Below, in pieces: positions 16,476 to 28,145 of a stretch of 34,425 bases of DNA. The notes beneath the pieces are model-generated. The model was not told the DNA's origin. It did no database searches and worked only from the letters and a program-made list of their open reading frames with translations. The stretch spans positions 153,231 through 187,655 of the forward strand of contig CP070993.1 of assembly GCA_017134395.1 (NCBI GenBank), read 5' to 3'. Source of the stretch: Candidatus Kaiserbacteria bacterium (GTDB lineage Bacteria > Patescibacteriota > Minisyncoccia > Phycocordibacterales > UBA2100). The position numbers and the translations under genes are program-made. Position 1 is the first letter of the stretch, and each line of letters opens with the position of its first letter.

Positions 16476-18047
16476 ATGGATACGTTAATTATTGAAAAAA
16501 TCCAAAAGGAAATCGAAAAGTTTGAACACACAACTGATGTTGAAAAAGTCGGGCGTGTCGTTCGCGTTGGTGACGGTGTCGCCGAAATTGAGGGACTAGA
16601 AAATGCAGTCATGAGCGAAATGGTGCTCTTTGATGATTCAAGCGACCTAAGTCTTGAAGACGCAATGAACAAGAGTGACGCACTCTATGGTCTTGTACTT
16701 AACCTTGAAGAGGATTCTGTAAAGGTAGTGGTACTTGGTGACGTATCTCGTGTGGGAGAAGGAATGCTCGTGAAGAGTACGGGGCGCGTTCTTTCGATCC
16801 CTGTTGGAGACGAACTGCTCGGACGTGTGGTAAACACACTTGCTGAACCGCTTGATGGTAAAGGGACAATAGACGCAAAAACATTTTCACCTATTGAGCG
16901 CGAAGCATACGGAGTACTTGACCGACAATCAGTCGACACACCACTACACACGGGTATTAAGGCTATCGACTCTATGGTTCCGATTGGTCGCGGACAACGT
17001 GAACTTATTATTGGTGACCGATTCACTGGTAAGACAACCATTGCAATTGACGCAATCCTCAACCAAAAGAACGAGCCGGCTGAAACACGGCCGATTTGTA
17101 TCTATGTTGCTGTTGGACAAAAGGAATCAAAAACTGCTCGCATTGTTGCACAGCTTGAAGAAGCGGGCGCAATGGAATACACAATCGTCGTTTCAGCCTC
17201 TGCAGCCTCTCCTGCTGCACTACAATTCCTTGCACCATTTGCTGGAGCAACGATTGGTGAGTACTTTATGGATAGTGGCCGTGATGCGCTCGTGATTTAT
17301 GACGACCTCTCAAAGCAAGCTGTGGCGTATCGACAACTTTCACTATTGCTACGACGACCACCGGGGCGAGAAGCGTATCCGGGGGATATTTTCTACCTGC
17401 ACTCACGACTACTTGAGCGAGCAGCGAAATTAAATGATGAAAAGGGAGGTGGTTCTCTAACCGCACTTCCAATTATTGAGACACAAGAAGGTGATGTGTC
17501 TTCGTATATTCCAACAAACGTGATTTCTATTACCGATGGACAGATTTTCTTGGACGCAAACCTTTTCAACAAAGGTACACGTCCAGCTATTGATGTTGGT
17601 AACTCGGTATCACGTGTGGGTTCTGCAGCCCAAACGAAAGCCATGAAGTCTGTCGGTGGTTCTATTCGTATCGAGCTTGCACAGTTCCGCGAACTTGAAG
17701 CCTTTATGCAGTTTGCGCAAGACCTTGATGAAGCAACAAAGCAACGTATCGATCGCGGACGACGAATGACTGAACTTCTCAAGCAACGTAATGGTGAACC
17801 TCTTTCATTTGAAAAACAAGTTGTATCTATTTACGCTGGTATAAACGGACTCTTTACTGATGTTGAAGCAGAACAGGTAACCACGGTAGAAAGTGTATGG
17901 CTAGAATACATGGACGGTCAACATAATGACCTTCTTACTGCTATCCACACAACCGGAAAAATTGAAGACGAAACAACCCAACAACTAGACAAAGCGATGG
18001 AGAGCTTTAAGAATGCACGCTCTGAACTCTTCACAATGAGTGAATAA
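16476..18047 (+). CDS. atpA: F0F1 ATP synthase subunit alpha
   Basis: P-loop GDRFTGKTT plus [30 protein letters not shown]. Confidence 0.95.
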   Translation: MDTLIIEKIQKEIEKFEHTTDVEKVGRVVRVGDGVAEIEGLENAVMSEMVLFDDSSDLSLEDAMNKSDALYGLVLNLEEDSVKVVVLGDVSRVGEGMLVKSTGRVLSIPVGDELLGRVVNTLAEPLDGKGTIDAKTFSPIEREAYGVLDRQSVDTPLHTGIKAIDSMVPIGRGQRELIIGDRFTGKTTIAIDAILNQKNEPAETRPICIYVAVGQKESKTARIVAQLEEAGAMEYTIVVSASAASPAALQFLAPFAGATIGEYFMDSGRDALVIYDDLSKQAVAYRQLSLLLRRPPGREAYPGDIFYLHSRLLERAAKLNDEKGGGSLTALPIIETQEGDVSSYIPTNVISITDGQIFLDANLFNKGTRPAIDVGNSVSRVGSAAQTKAMKSVGGSIRIELAQFRELEAFMQFAQDLDEATKQRIDRGRRMTELLKQRNGEPLSFEKQVVSIYAGINGLFTDVEAEQVTTVESVWLEYMDGQHNDLLTAIHTTGKIEDETTQQLDKAMESFKNARSELFTMSE

Positions 18048-18052
18048 TCTAT

Positions 18053-18967
18053 ATGGCAGGTCTTAAACAGTTAAAATTGAAGCGGCAGTCAGTGATGAAG
18101 ACGCGACAAGTGACGCGTGCTATGGAAGCGGTATCTGCTGTAAAGATGCGTAAAAGCCAAGAACGCGCGCTTGGCGGACGTGCCTACGCTACAGGTGCAC
18201 TGCGTATTTTGAATCACGTGACACACGCTGTTGGTCTTTCTTCACACCCACTCTTTGAAGAACGTGCTACGGGCGCAGTTGGTTTAATTATTGTAACAAG
18301 TGACAAAGGTCTTGCTGGCTCACTCAACAGTGCGGTTATCAAAAAAGTTGATGCGTTCCTAAAGGCGCCTGAGCACAAAGATGCAGAAAAGGTTTTTATT
18401 TGCATCGGTCGCCGAGGGCACGACTACATCCAAAACCGTGACCTGAAAGTAATCCACTTCGAGGAAAACAAAAACGACGACTTCACCGAAGTTGATATGG
18501 AACGAATAACCAAAGCTGTGCTTACCGAGTACGAAGACAGCACGCTTCGTTCGTGGGAAGTTGCCTACACAAACTTTCAATCTACTTTTGAACAAGAAGC
18601 GGTAACACGGCAATTGCTTCCATTACATACTGACTCTCTCGAAAAAGTTATTGAAGGTATCACTCCAGAAAGCGGTAAGTATTCTGAAGAAGAGAAATCA
18701 GAAAAATCTTTCGCCTTTACCGTAGAGCCAAATGCTGATGAGATTCTTGAGGCAATTATCCCAAACCTTGTGAATATTTTTGTATACCACACGTTGCTTG
18801 AGACAAAGGCTTCAGAACACTCAGCACGTATGGTTGCTATGAAGAACGCAACTGATAAAGCAACTGAATTGAGTCACGAGCTTATGTTGAAGTTCAATAA
18901 AGCACGCCAAGCGGTCATCACGAGCGAAGTGAGTGAAATTACTAGCGGTATCGAAGCTATGAAATAA
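18053..18967 (+). CDS. atpG: F0F1 ATP synthase subunit gamma
   Basis: N-terminal TRQVTRAMEAVSAVKMRK and C-terminal ARQAVITSEVSEITSG helices typical of gamma. Confidence 0.9.
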   Translation: MAGLKQLKLKRQSVMKTRQVTRAMEAVSAVKMRKSQERALGGRAYATGALRILNHVTHAVGLSSHPLFEERATGAVGLIIVTSDKGLAGSLNSAVIKKVDAFLKAPEHKDAEKVFICIGRRGHDYIQNRDLKVIHFEENKNDDFTEVDMERITKAVLTEYEDSTLRSWEVAYTNFQSTFEQEAVTRQLLPLHTDSLEKVIEGITPESGKYSEEEKSEKSFAFTVEPNADEILEAIIPNLVNIFVYHTLLETKASEHSARMVAMKNATDKATELSHELMLKFNKARQAVITSEVSEITSGIEAMK

Positions 18968-18972
18968 TTTGT

Positions 18973-20764
<1,792 letters not shown>

Positions 20765-20769
20765 TCTCT

Positions 20770-21030
20770 ATGTCAGATAAATCATTTACATTGCAAGTAG
20801 TTACCGTTGCTGACGCGCTTTTTGACGGGCAAGCAACAGAACTGCACTGCAAAGGTTCTGATGGACAGATGGTTGTTCTTGCGCACCATGAACCATTTAT
20901 AACTCGTATTGAAAAAGGAACCTTGAAAGTTGTACCGACAACAGGGGAGCCGCAAGAATTTCCAATAGTAAGCGGCGTGCTTGAAGTTGCAGACAACAAA
21001 GCAGTGGTGTTATGCTCAAGGGGTGAGTAG
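20770..21030 (+). CDS. atpC: F0F1 ATP synthase subunit epsilon (short, 86 aa, beta-sandwich only)
   Basis: Position after atpD and an epsilon-like N-terminal domain. No C-terminal helical hairpin is encoded. Confidence 0.8.
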   Translation: MSDKSFTLQVVTVADALFDGQATELHCKGSDGQMVVLAHHEPFITRIEKGTLKVVPTTGEPQEFPIVSGVLEVADNKAVVLCSRGE

Positions 21031-21331
21031 AACATTCCAACGGAAAAAAGAAAACTTTGTGTGTGACAATTGCGGCGCGAATGTAGTAGGTAGTGGCTAT
21101 ACGAACCACTGCCCAGAGTGTTTGTGGAGTAAGCATGTTGATGTCTATCCTGGAGACAGAGCAGCACAATGTGGTGGGCTTATGAAGCCCATCGAAGTAC
21201 TTCGAGAAGGAGACTCGTATATACTGCTACATAAGTGTATACACTGTCAGTACGTTAAGAAAAACAAATTGGCTCGCGAGGACAATATGGAAACAGTTAT
21301 CGCGCTTGCGCAAGAAATAGCAAATAAATGA
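21023..21331 (+). CDS. RNHCP-domain zinc-ribbon-like protein
   Basis: FVCDNCG...GYTNHCPECLWSKHVD...GDRAAQCGGLM...HKCIHC. A GTG at 21023 overlaps the atpC stop (GTGAGTAG). The alternative ATG at 20981 would overlap atpC by 50 nt. Confidence 0.7.
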   Translation: MSRTFQRKKENFVCDNCGANVVGSGYTNHCPECLWSKHVDVYPGDRAAQCGGLMKPIEVLREGDSYILLHKCIHCQYVKKNKLAREDNMETVIALAQEIANK

Positions 21332-22146
21332 ATACTCACGATTTAGTTTACGTAGTACATAAACATGTTGGGGAAACTCCACTTCAGGCAATTGAAGCAT
21401 CGCGTGCTGAGCGTGGTATTGCTGACGGTATTCCTATGGCGTACGCGGGAAGACTTGACCCAATGGCAGAAGGAAAGCTGTTAGTACTTACAGGAGAAAA
21501 GTGTAAAGAGATTAAAAAATTCTGGGATTTAGATAAGGAATATAAGATATCGGTAGTTCTTGGAATATCCAGTGACTCGCATGACGTGCTTGGCCGCCTT
21601 TCTTATTCTGCTAATCCACTTAAAACAATCGACGCAGCTGAAATCAAAAAAGCTGTTAAGGATTTTGAGGGCGAATATAGCTGGCCCTATCCTGTCCTTT
21701 CATCTAAACCAGTAAAAGGGAAGCCTCTATTCCAGTGGTTCTTGGAAGATAGACTCGATGAAATTGAGATTCCGAAGTCGGAGGGTAAAATTTTTAATAT
21801 AGAACTAACAAATATACGGACAGCGACCCCAAAGGAACTGAAAAAACGTACGCTCGAAAAGATTCACGCACTGGCAATCGTAACTGATGAATCAAAGCGT
21901 TTAGGACGTGATTTTAGGCGTCATGAGGTTATAGATTCCTGGAACACGTGGTACAAAACAGATGCTCAACCATTACAAGTACTCGATATTACCTGTACTG
22001 CAAGCTCAGGTACCTACATGCGCACACTGGCACATGAGTTAGGAGAACGATTAGGAACTGGTGCTTTGGCTCTTGAAATAAACAGAACAGAAGTAGGGAA
22101 GTACGCACAGTTTGGACCTCTTAAATTTTGGAGAAAAAAATACTAG
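21328..22146 (+). CDS. truB: tRNA pseudouridine synthase, TruB family
   Basis: Catalytic-Asp motif AGRLDPMAEGKLLVLTGE and CTASSGTYMRTLAHELG. An ATGA start/stop overlap links it to the RNHCP gene. Confidence 0.8.
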   Translation: MNTHDLVYVVHKHVGETPLQAIEASRAERGIADGIPMAYAGRLDPMAEGKLLVLTGEKCKEIKKFWDLDKEYKISVVLGISSDSHDVLGRLSYSANPLKTIDAAEIKKAVKDFEGEYSWPYPVLSSKPVKGKPLFQWFLEDRLDEIEIPKSEGKIFNIELTNIRTATPKELKKRTLEKIHALAIVTDESKRLGRDFRRHEVIDSWNTWYKTDAQPLQVLDITCTASSGTYMRTLAHELGERLGTGALALEINRTEVGKYAQFGPLKFWRKKY

Positions 22147-22176
22147 AAAAATATGGACATCCGATGTCCATATTTT
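22147..22176 (+). terminator. Intrinsic terminator after truB, core GGACATCCGATGTCC
   Basis: AAAATATGGACATC c GATGTCCATATTTT. Confidence 0.75.
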
Positions 22177-22223
22177 AATATAAGAGCTTCACTACAGAGT
22201 TTAAAAGTACACAAGAGATTACC

Positions 22224-22248
22224 TTGACCAAGGTTCGACCTTGGTCAA
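22224..22248. repeat. Hairpin or palindrome in the convergent intergenic zone
   Basis: TTGACCAAGGT tcg ACCTTGGTCAA (11-bp stem). Confidence 0.7.
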
Positions 22249-22272
22249 AATATACGCATGCCAGTAGGTTAT

Positions 22273-22294
22273 ATATATCAGTTAACTGATATAT
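22273..22294. repeat. 22-nt perfect palindrome with core CAGTTAACTG
   Basis: ATATATCAGTTAACTGATATAT. Confidence 0.85.
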
Positions 22295-22367
22295 TTCTTC
22301 ATCTATGAGGGCGAGAAGAAAACTGTATTGAATTGTGTTTAAGAAGACGTTTAAAAATAGTTTCTTG

Positions 22368-22391
22368 AATACTCCAGTTAACTGGAGTATT
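22368..22391. repeat. 24-nt perfect palindrome with the same core CAGTTAACTG
   Basis: AATACTCCAGTTAACTGGAGTATT, centred 96 bp from the previous palindrome. Confidence 0.85.
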
Positions 22392-22415
22392 TGATGTATG
22401 ATTGAAATTTTAACG

Positions 22416-22445
22416 GTAAACGCCTCAGTAATTGAGGCGTTTAGT
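22416..22445 (+). repeat. 30-nt exact repeat, copy 2 (no T-run on either strand here)
   Basis: GTAAACGCCTCAGTAATTGAGGCGTTTAGT, identical to 7567-7596. Confidence 0.9.
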
Positions 22446-22475
22446 AAAAAGACCGCACAACAGTGCAGTCTTTTT
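22446..22475 (-). terminator. Terminator of the RND operon (bidirectional shape)
   Basis: AAAAAGACCGCAC aaca GTGCAGTCTTTTT, with one mismatch in the stem. Confidence 0.6.
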
Positions 22476-22482
22476 ACCTTTT

Positions 22483-25400
22483 CTATTCTTCAAACTTTCC
22501 GGGCCACCGAGCGTAGATTGAAGGCACCAAGAGCAAAGTAATAATGGTTGCAAAGGCAAGTCCGAACATCAACGCGTACGCCAACGGCACCCAAATAGCT
22601 GCAGCAAAGAGAAGTGGTACTACACCAATCACTGTTGTTAAAGCAGTTAAGAGCACGGGGCGTAATCGTGATGTTGTTGCATCGACAATAATCTCGTTAA
22701 CAGACTTCGTATCTCCAAAACGACGGCGTTGTGTATTGATGGTATCAACAAGAATAATAGAGTTATTTACCACAATACCCGAGAGCGCAATGAATCCCAT
22801 AATGGAAGGGAAGGAGAGTGGACTTCCGGTTATCATTAAGCCGCCAAAGACTCCGATAAGTGAAAGTGGGACAATTGCGAGCACATACACAGCATAGCGG
22901 AATGAATTGAACTGAAGTACAAGAATAGCAAACATACTTACCATTCCAATAATGAGTGCGACGAACATATCTTTAAATGATTGATCAACGTCTTCACTCT
23001 CTCCACCAACGGAAATAGAGACGCTCTCAGGAAGTACATACTCCTCAATCTTCTCTTCAAACTCTGCTGAGATTTTTACGGCGTTTCCTTCCTCGGTGAG
23101 GCGGCTTGAAACTGTTGCGATACGCTCACCATCGTCGTGTCGAATGGCCGAGCGGCTTGGTTGTATTGATACCGTAACGAAGGATGAAAGGGGGACAACT
23201 CCCGTTGGTGTTGCGACTTCAATTTGTGCAAGTGTGTCTATGGTCGTTGCATTTGTTGCAAATGCGTCGGCACCATCTTGTGTATCAAGTGCGAGGCGAG
23301 TGATGACATCAATGTCATCACCGAGTTGTTTAATTTCCGTTGCTTCTTCGCCATACAGAGCTGCACGAAGAGTTGTTGCGATAGTTCCAATACTTACGCC
23401 TTGAGCAATTGCCTCAGCTCGATTAATACTGAATACAAACTCATTGGTATTATTTTTTGTGCTTGATGTAATGTCAGTGGTGCCAGAAATTTCTTCAAGT
23501 ACTCGCTCAACGACAGTCGCAGCTTCTTCTAAGTCCGTAAGGCTGTCACCTGAGAGGGTAATCGTCACTGGGGCAAGCGACGGAGGACCATCGCTTAGCT
23601 GATCGACACGCATCTGGGATGTATGAATCTCACTGAGCTCTCCTCTAATATCATCGATGATTTCAGTACTTTCTCGCTCTCTATCTTCATCGAGTGTAAT
23701 AAAGATGTTTGCAAACCGAGCGTTAGACGACGAGCCGCCTGTGGTATTTCCAAAGGCACTGGTGCGCCCTACTGTTGTCACAAAAGAGGTTGCTTCAGGA
23801 ATGGTGTAGAGAATCTCTTCAGCTTTACGGATTTCTAAATCAGTTCGCTCGAGGATGCTTCCCGTTGGTAGTTCAGCTTCAATGAAAATCCAATCGGAGT
23901 CAGTATCTTCAAAGAAGATAACATTCACTGCACCAGTTATTGGGAGAGATAGAGACACTACAAAGAGAGCAAATAGGGTAACAATAATTGTGTTTTGAGA
24001 TTCACGACTTGCAAGGAATCGGGACAGATGCGCTCGATACCATTCTTCGATTGTGTGCACAATCTCATCACGCTTGCGACTTACCTGAGCTCCGAGCTGT
24101 TCATGCGAGCTCTGTTTTATTCGCGTATGCGTGGTTGGAAATAATGGGTTGACCCAAACTAACATGAGGATAAAGTTCCCAAAAGAAGCTAAGGTTCTAG
24201 CGAACGTACTTCTTTCTACGATCACTTCTTCGTGTAGAGATTCTTTTGTAGCTGGCTTATTTCGACGCAATAATTTTGTTGCGAACATTGGTACAAATCC
24301 AAGTGCCACTAACAAAGATGAAAGAAGGACGAAAATAATGGTAAACGGAATACTTTTTATAAACTCACCGGTGATACCTGAAACCATCAACAGTGGTGCA
24401 AATACCGCAACGGTCGTCATTGTTCCGGCAGTTAGCGGAACATGGAACTCACGAACGACATCGAGTGCTGCGCGTGATTTTATTTTTTCGCGCTCTTTGT
24501 TAGATTCACCTTCATGCGATTCGAGTTGGTGGAGACGGCGGTTTATACCCTCAACAATAACAATCGTGGAGTCGACAATAATACCAATAGAGAGAATGAG
24601 AGCAAAAAGACTTACGAAGTTTAACGTGTTTCCAGAAGCTTCAAGTCCTATAAATGCGGTAAGAAACGAGAGGGGGATAGAAATTGCAGCGATAAGGGCT
24701 TCGCGCCACCCAACGGCAAGTAACAACACAATAGTAACCAACAGAACGGTTTGTAGACCACTCCGCGTGAGTGTTGTAAGGTCATCTTGCAAGAGCTCGC
24801 CGTTGTCGAATACCACATGAACCTGCATACCCTCAAGCAATTCGCCCTCTTCTTGGAGTTCAGCGAGCTTCGCTTGTACATCTTTGCTCACTGAGGTGAT
24901 CTTTGCACTTGAGCTCTTAAATACATCGAAAGACACTGACTCGATTGACGGTGCGCTGTTTATACTCGTACGACTATACGTTTTTGGCTCTTGGCGACCA
25001 TCAACAATGCGTGCGATGTCACGAACGTATATTGGTGTGCCTCCAACAGAGAGGATGGGGATATCAGCAACTTCTTGCGTTTCACTAATATCGCCAGCGA
25101 GACGGACAGGGAACTCCGCGTCGCCTAATTGAATATTACCAACCGGAAGTGCTACGTTTGCAGCAGAAATTGCACGCGTTACATCCGTTATTGTAAGACC
25201 TAACTGAGCCAGCGCATTTCGGTCGATAACAACAGTTACTTCGCGTTTTTCAACTCCTCCAACACTTACCGATGATACCCCGCGTACCTTTTCTAGTTCA
25301 TCTGCGGCATCTTCGCCAAGTTGGTACAAGAGCTCCTGTGGAATATTGGCAGAGAGCGTTGCAGTCACAACTGGGTCTGAGCCAAATTCGATTTCAATAA

Positions 25401-25788
25401 TTCGAGGGTCAAGCGCTTCAGTTGGCAATTCACTTTTAGAAACATCGACTTGGTCACGTACGTCACTGATAGATTTCTCTATATCAGCACTTGCCTCAAA
25501 CTCAATAGTAATATTCGATACGCCCTCACTTGAATTTGAAGTGATGTTTCGTACATCACTCAGACTATTTTTTAGAGGTTCCTCAAGAACATTCGTGACA
25601 AGTTTCTCAACGTCTTCGGGGGAGGCACCGGGTAAGACAGTCGAGACAACAGCAATAGGCACATCAACTTCAGGTGCTGATTCTTTAGGGATATCAAATA
25701 TCGCCGTTATTCCGAGAAAGAGTATCGCGAGAATAAGAATAATGGCAAAGCGGCTGCGTTTCGTAAAAAAGCTCCAAACGTTATACAT
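22483..25788 (-). CDS. RND-superfamily efflux transporter permease (AcrB/HAE-like)
   Basis: 1101 aa with 12-TM architecture, two large extracytoplasmic loops and typical AcrB-family sequence blocks. Confidence 0.9.
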   Translation of the reverse strand: MYNVWSFFTKRSRFAIILILAILFLGITAIFDIPKESAPEVDVPIAVVSTVLPGASPEDVEKLVTNVLEEPLKNSLSDVRNITSNSSEGVSNITIEFEASADIEKSISDVRDQVDVSKSELPTEALDPRIIEIEFGSDPVVTATLSANIPQELLYQLGEDAADELEKVRGVSSVSVGGVEKREVTVVIDRNALAQLGLTITDVTRAISAANVALPVGNIQLGDAEFPVRLAGDISETQEVADIPILSVGGTPIYVRDIARIVDGRQEPKTYSRTSINSAPSIESVSFDVFKSSSAKITSVSKDVQAKLAELQEEGELLEGMQVHVVFDNGELLQDDLTTLTRSGLQTVLLVTIVLLLAVGWREALIAAISIPLSFLTAFIGLEASGNTLNFVSLFALILSIGIIVDSTIVIVEGINRRLHQLESHEGESNKEREKIKSRAALDVVREFHVPLTAGTMTTVAVFAPLLMVSGITGEFIKSIPFTIIFVLLSSLLVALGFVPMFATKLLRRNKPATKESLHEEVIVERSTFARTLASFGNFILMLVWVNPLFPTTHTRIKQSSHEQLGAQVSRKRDEIVHTIEEWYRAHLSRFLASRESQNTIIVTLFALFVVSLSLPITGAVNVIFFEDTDSDWIFIEAELPTGSILERTDLEIRKAEEILYTIPEATSFVTTVGRTSAFGNTTGGSSSNARFANIFITLDEDRERESTEIIDDIRGELSEIHTSQMRVDQLSDGPPSLAPVTITLSGDSLTDLEEAATVVERVLEEISGTTDITSSTKNNTNEFVFSINRAEAIAQGVSIGTIATTLRAALYGEEATEIKQLGDDIDVITRLALDTQDGADAFATNATTIDTLAQIEVATPTGVVPLSSFVTVSIQPSRSAIRHDDGERIATVSSRLTEEGNAVKISAEFEEKIEEYVLPESVSISVGGESEDVDQSFKDMFVALIIGMVSMFAILVLQFNSFRYAVYVLAIVPLSLIGVFGGLMITGSPLSFPSIMGFIALSGIVVNNSIILVDTINTQRRRFGDTKSVNEIIVDATTSRLRPVLLTALTTVIGVVPLLFAAAIWVPLAYALMFGLAFATIITLLLVPSIYARWPGKFEE

Positions 25789-25795
25789 ACATCTG

Positions 25796-27505
25796 TTAGT
25801 TAGAAACTATTACAGTCGCGCCGGCAGCGAGTCCGCGAGCATCAAGAACGATTTCTGTGTCACGAGTAATACCATCGACAATTTCAATGGATGACTGGAC
25901 AACAGAGCCAAGCTCCACTGCAATTGCTTCAAGAGTACTCTCTTCAGTCACGATAAATACGAATGCATCATCTCCCACAAGTTTAAGAGAGGCTATCGGT
26001 ACAAGAATTTTTGTGTCGTCTTCACTAATGTTTTGGCTTGCAAGATTGAGAAATTCTACTGAGACACGTGAACCGTGAGTTAATGGTACGTCGTCAGCAA
26101 CAAGAGCAATATGCACTTCCACCTGACGTTTAACGGGATCAACCCCTGGCGCAATGCTTGTAATAACACCTTCGTGCTTTCGGTTTATAAGCGCGCGCCC
26201 ACCCACTGCAATACGATCAATTGCGTTTGAAGCGACAAATGTTTCTATTTCGAGTGCATTATCGTTTGCCACAAGCCCAATGTCTTGGAATGAAGTTACG
26301 AAATCACCTCTATCAACAGTAAGAATAGTAACAATGCCAGTTACTGGTGCTCGCACTCGTGTGTTTTCAAGCTGTGCAACGGCTTGGGCAAGCGTTGCCT
26401 GAGCTGACTCTAATTGAGCTTGTGCAACTTCTACATCTTCCTGCTGTGCTCCAGTCACACCTTGTGATTCGTTTTCTTGCGCTACAGTTAACGCAGTTTG
26501 TGCGCCATTAAGTGCACCGCGAGAAGCTGAAAGGGAAGATAACGTACCAAGGATACTTGTTCGTGCAGCGATAGCTGTGGTTTTGTAACTTGCAATAGTT
26601 GTTGAAGTAACTGATGCAGTCGTCACTGCGCCGTCAAGTGCAGAAATGACATTGTCGAGCGTATTTTTAATCTCGATCATTTCTGTTTCTAAAGTATCAA
26701 TTTCTGATAGAACTTGTGCGGTTGATAGGATTGAAACATCTCCTGAAGCCGCAGCATGGCGATTGATAGTGCTTTCCAAGATAAAGCGCCCATGTTCGGC
26801 TGCTGTTGCTTGAGAGCTATTTGTTGAAACAAAAGTAAGCTTTGGGTTTGCTCCGTCAGGGTTGTTAAAGAAAACATCAATACCACCTGAAAAAGCTGCA
26901 TCACTTGCAGCGTAGGCACTGAGTAACGTATTGCGGGCTGAAGCTGTTGCTTCATTCATACCTTGCAGTGCACTTGCAGTATTTGCTTTGAGTACTGCTA
27001 GTTGTTCGTCACGAGTACCACCGGACACTTTACTAAAATTTGCGGTAGCCTGTGCGACACTCGCTTGGGCCTGCGCAACGCTTGCCCGTTCGGATGCATT
27101 CTCGATTGATGCGATAATAGTCCCAGCTCGCACACGTTGACCAACCGTCGCGTTCACACTCGTTATAACACCTGCTCGTTGTGCGCGAAGATCACCTTGT
27201 GTTTGAGATTTTACCTCCCCTGTAGTTTCAAGGACAGATTCAAGCTGAGATACAAGACCAGCGGGTGCAGTTGTTACCTGTCGCGCAACAACTGTTCTTT
27301 CTGAATCATCCTCTCCAGTAAACAAGCTCTTGGTTACACCAAATCCTAAAAAGATAACGACAATAAGAAGTGCGATTCCAGTTCGTTTTGTAGAGTACCG
27401 GCTTACAAAAGCCCGGGTGCGTGGCATTGGCATTGCGGTATAAGCAGAAATGATTACGTGACCAAGGTCACCTAGCTTTCGTCGCAGAGTTGAGAATGAA
27501 ATCAT
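25796..27505 (-). CDS. Membrane-fusion (periplasmic adaptor, HlyD-family) protein of the RND pump
   Basis: 569 aa with an N-terminal TM anchor and lipoyl-like motifs (GDLRAQRAGVITSV...GTIIASIE; RAPVTGIVT). It also has a very long Ala/Ser/Thr/Gln-rich coiled-coil hairpin. Its stop lies 7 nt before the RND start. The true start may be an internal Met. Confidence 0.85.
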   Translation of the reverse strand: MISFSTLRRKLGDLGHVIISAYTAMPMPRTRAFVSRYSTKRTGIALLIVVIFLGFGVTKSLFTGEDDSERTVVARQVTTAPAGLVSQLESVLETTGEVKSQTQGDLRAQRAGVITSVNATVGQRVRAGTIIASIENASERASVAQAQASVAQATANFSKVSGGTRDEQLAVLKANTASALQGMNEATASARNTLLSAYAASDAAFSGGIDVFFNNPDGANPKLTFVSTNSSQATAAEHGRFILESTINRHAAASGDVSILSTAQVLSEIDTLETEMIEIKNTLDNVISALDGAVTTASVTSTTIASYKTTAIAARTSILGTLSSLSASRGALNGAQTALTVAQENESQGVTGAQQEDVEVAQAQLESAQATLAQAVAQLENTRVRAPVTGIVTILTVDRGDFVTSFQDIGLVANDNALEIETFVASNAIDRIAVGGRALINRKHEGVITSIAPGVDPVKRQVEVHIALVADDVPLTHGSRVSVEFLNLASQNISEDDTKILVPIASLKLVGDDAFVFIVTEESTLEAIAVELGSVVQSSIEIVDGITRDTEIVLDARGLAAGATVIVSN

Positions 27506-27641
27506 ATAGTTTGTATAGTTGTAATTATTATTTGTGCCCTATAATGCGTTTAATTATATATATCGTCAAGGTATCGTTGCGCTGTGTAGCTTTTTCTATA
27601 CAATGGTTGGAATACACATAAAAGCGAACTAATAATACACT

Positions 27642-27863
27642 ATGTTTAAAAATTTTCTCGTAAAAAAGTTGATGAAATCACAACTTAAAAATATGCCTAA
27701 GGATCAGGCTGACATGATTGGTGCAATGATTGAAAAAAATCCAGAGCTCTTTATGAAAATTGCAAAAGAAGCACAACAACTTGTAAAAGGTGGGAAGGAT
27801 CAGATGGCAGCTATGATGGAGGTCAGTAAAAAGTACCAAAAGGAGCTCCAGCAGTTGATGTAA
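27642..27863 (+). CDS. Hypothetical small helical Lys/Met-rich protein
   Basis: 73-aa ORF with AT-rich, neighbour-like codon usage. No recognisable family. Confidence 0.45.
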   Translation: MFKNFLVKKLMKSQLKNMPKDQADMIGAMIEKNPELFMKIAKEAQQLVKGGKDQMAAMMEVSKKYQKELQQLM

Positions 27864-27907
27864 TTATTTGACAGATACCCGCAAATGTCCTTTGTTGGAA
27901 AACTGTG

Positions 27908-27935
27908 TTGACAATTTTTTCCCATTTGATATCTT
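27908..27935 (+). promoter_or_regulatory. Near-consensus promoter driving the candidate sRNA
   Basis: TTGACA (27908-27913), 16-nt spacer, TGaTATCTT (TG 27927-27928, TATCTT 27930-27935). Confidence 0.6.
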
Positions 27936-27941
27936 ATCGGA

Positions 27942-28124
27942 ACGGTAGTCAGCTTGCTGATTGCCGTACTGGTGACTACTTCAAGTCTTCGGACTCGAAA
28001 TGGCCACCATGTAGGTCGACTCTTCGGAGTTGATCTACATGGTGTCCGTTTCAATCTTTTGACCTTCGGGGATAGGGAAAGAAATGAACACCAATGAAAA
28101 ATGTCTACTTCGGTAGGCGTTTTT
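27942..28124 (+). ncRNA. Candidate novel structured sRNA (~185 nt), class unknown
   Basis: No ORF. Five consecutive hairpins: 27942-27967 (CUUG loop), 27980-27999, 28002-28047 (about 20 bp), 28055-28082 and 28103-28118. The last four close on UUCG loops and the final one is followed by GTTTTT. Several G-U pairs work only on the + strand. Confidence 0.55.
28097..28124 (+). terminator. Intrinsic terminator ending the candidate sRNA
   Basis: GTCTAC ttcg GTAGGC followed by GTTTTT, with an A-run upstream. Confidence 0.7.
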
Positions 28125-28145
28125 CATATCTGAGTAAATAATTAC

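Noticed and set aside
24131-24820. 229-aa ORF on the plus strand (also 25346-25894, 182 aa, and several shorter ones)
   Set aside because: All are antisense to the RND permease. They are Ser/Thr/Arg-rich shadow frames, and the 1101-aa minus-strand ORF has clear AcrB-type features.
27942-28124. Whether the structured RNA is a known housekeeping RNA (SRP/4.5S, 6S, tmRNA or RNase P)
   Set aside because: It lacks the SRP domain-IV signature (GGAA tetraloop with flanking AGCA-type symmetric loop). It has no tRNA-like 3' end or tag ORF for tmRNA. It is far too short and lacks the P4 GAGGAAAGUCC-type motif for RNase P. Its 5' and 3' ends do not pair into the long closing stem expected of 6S. This was judged by eye only, so cmscan is still needed.
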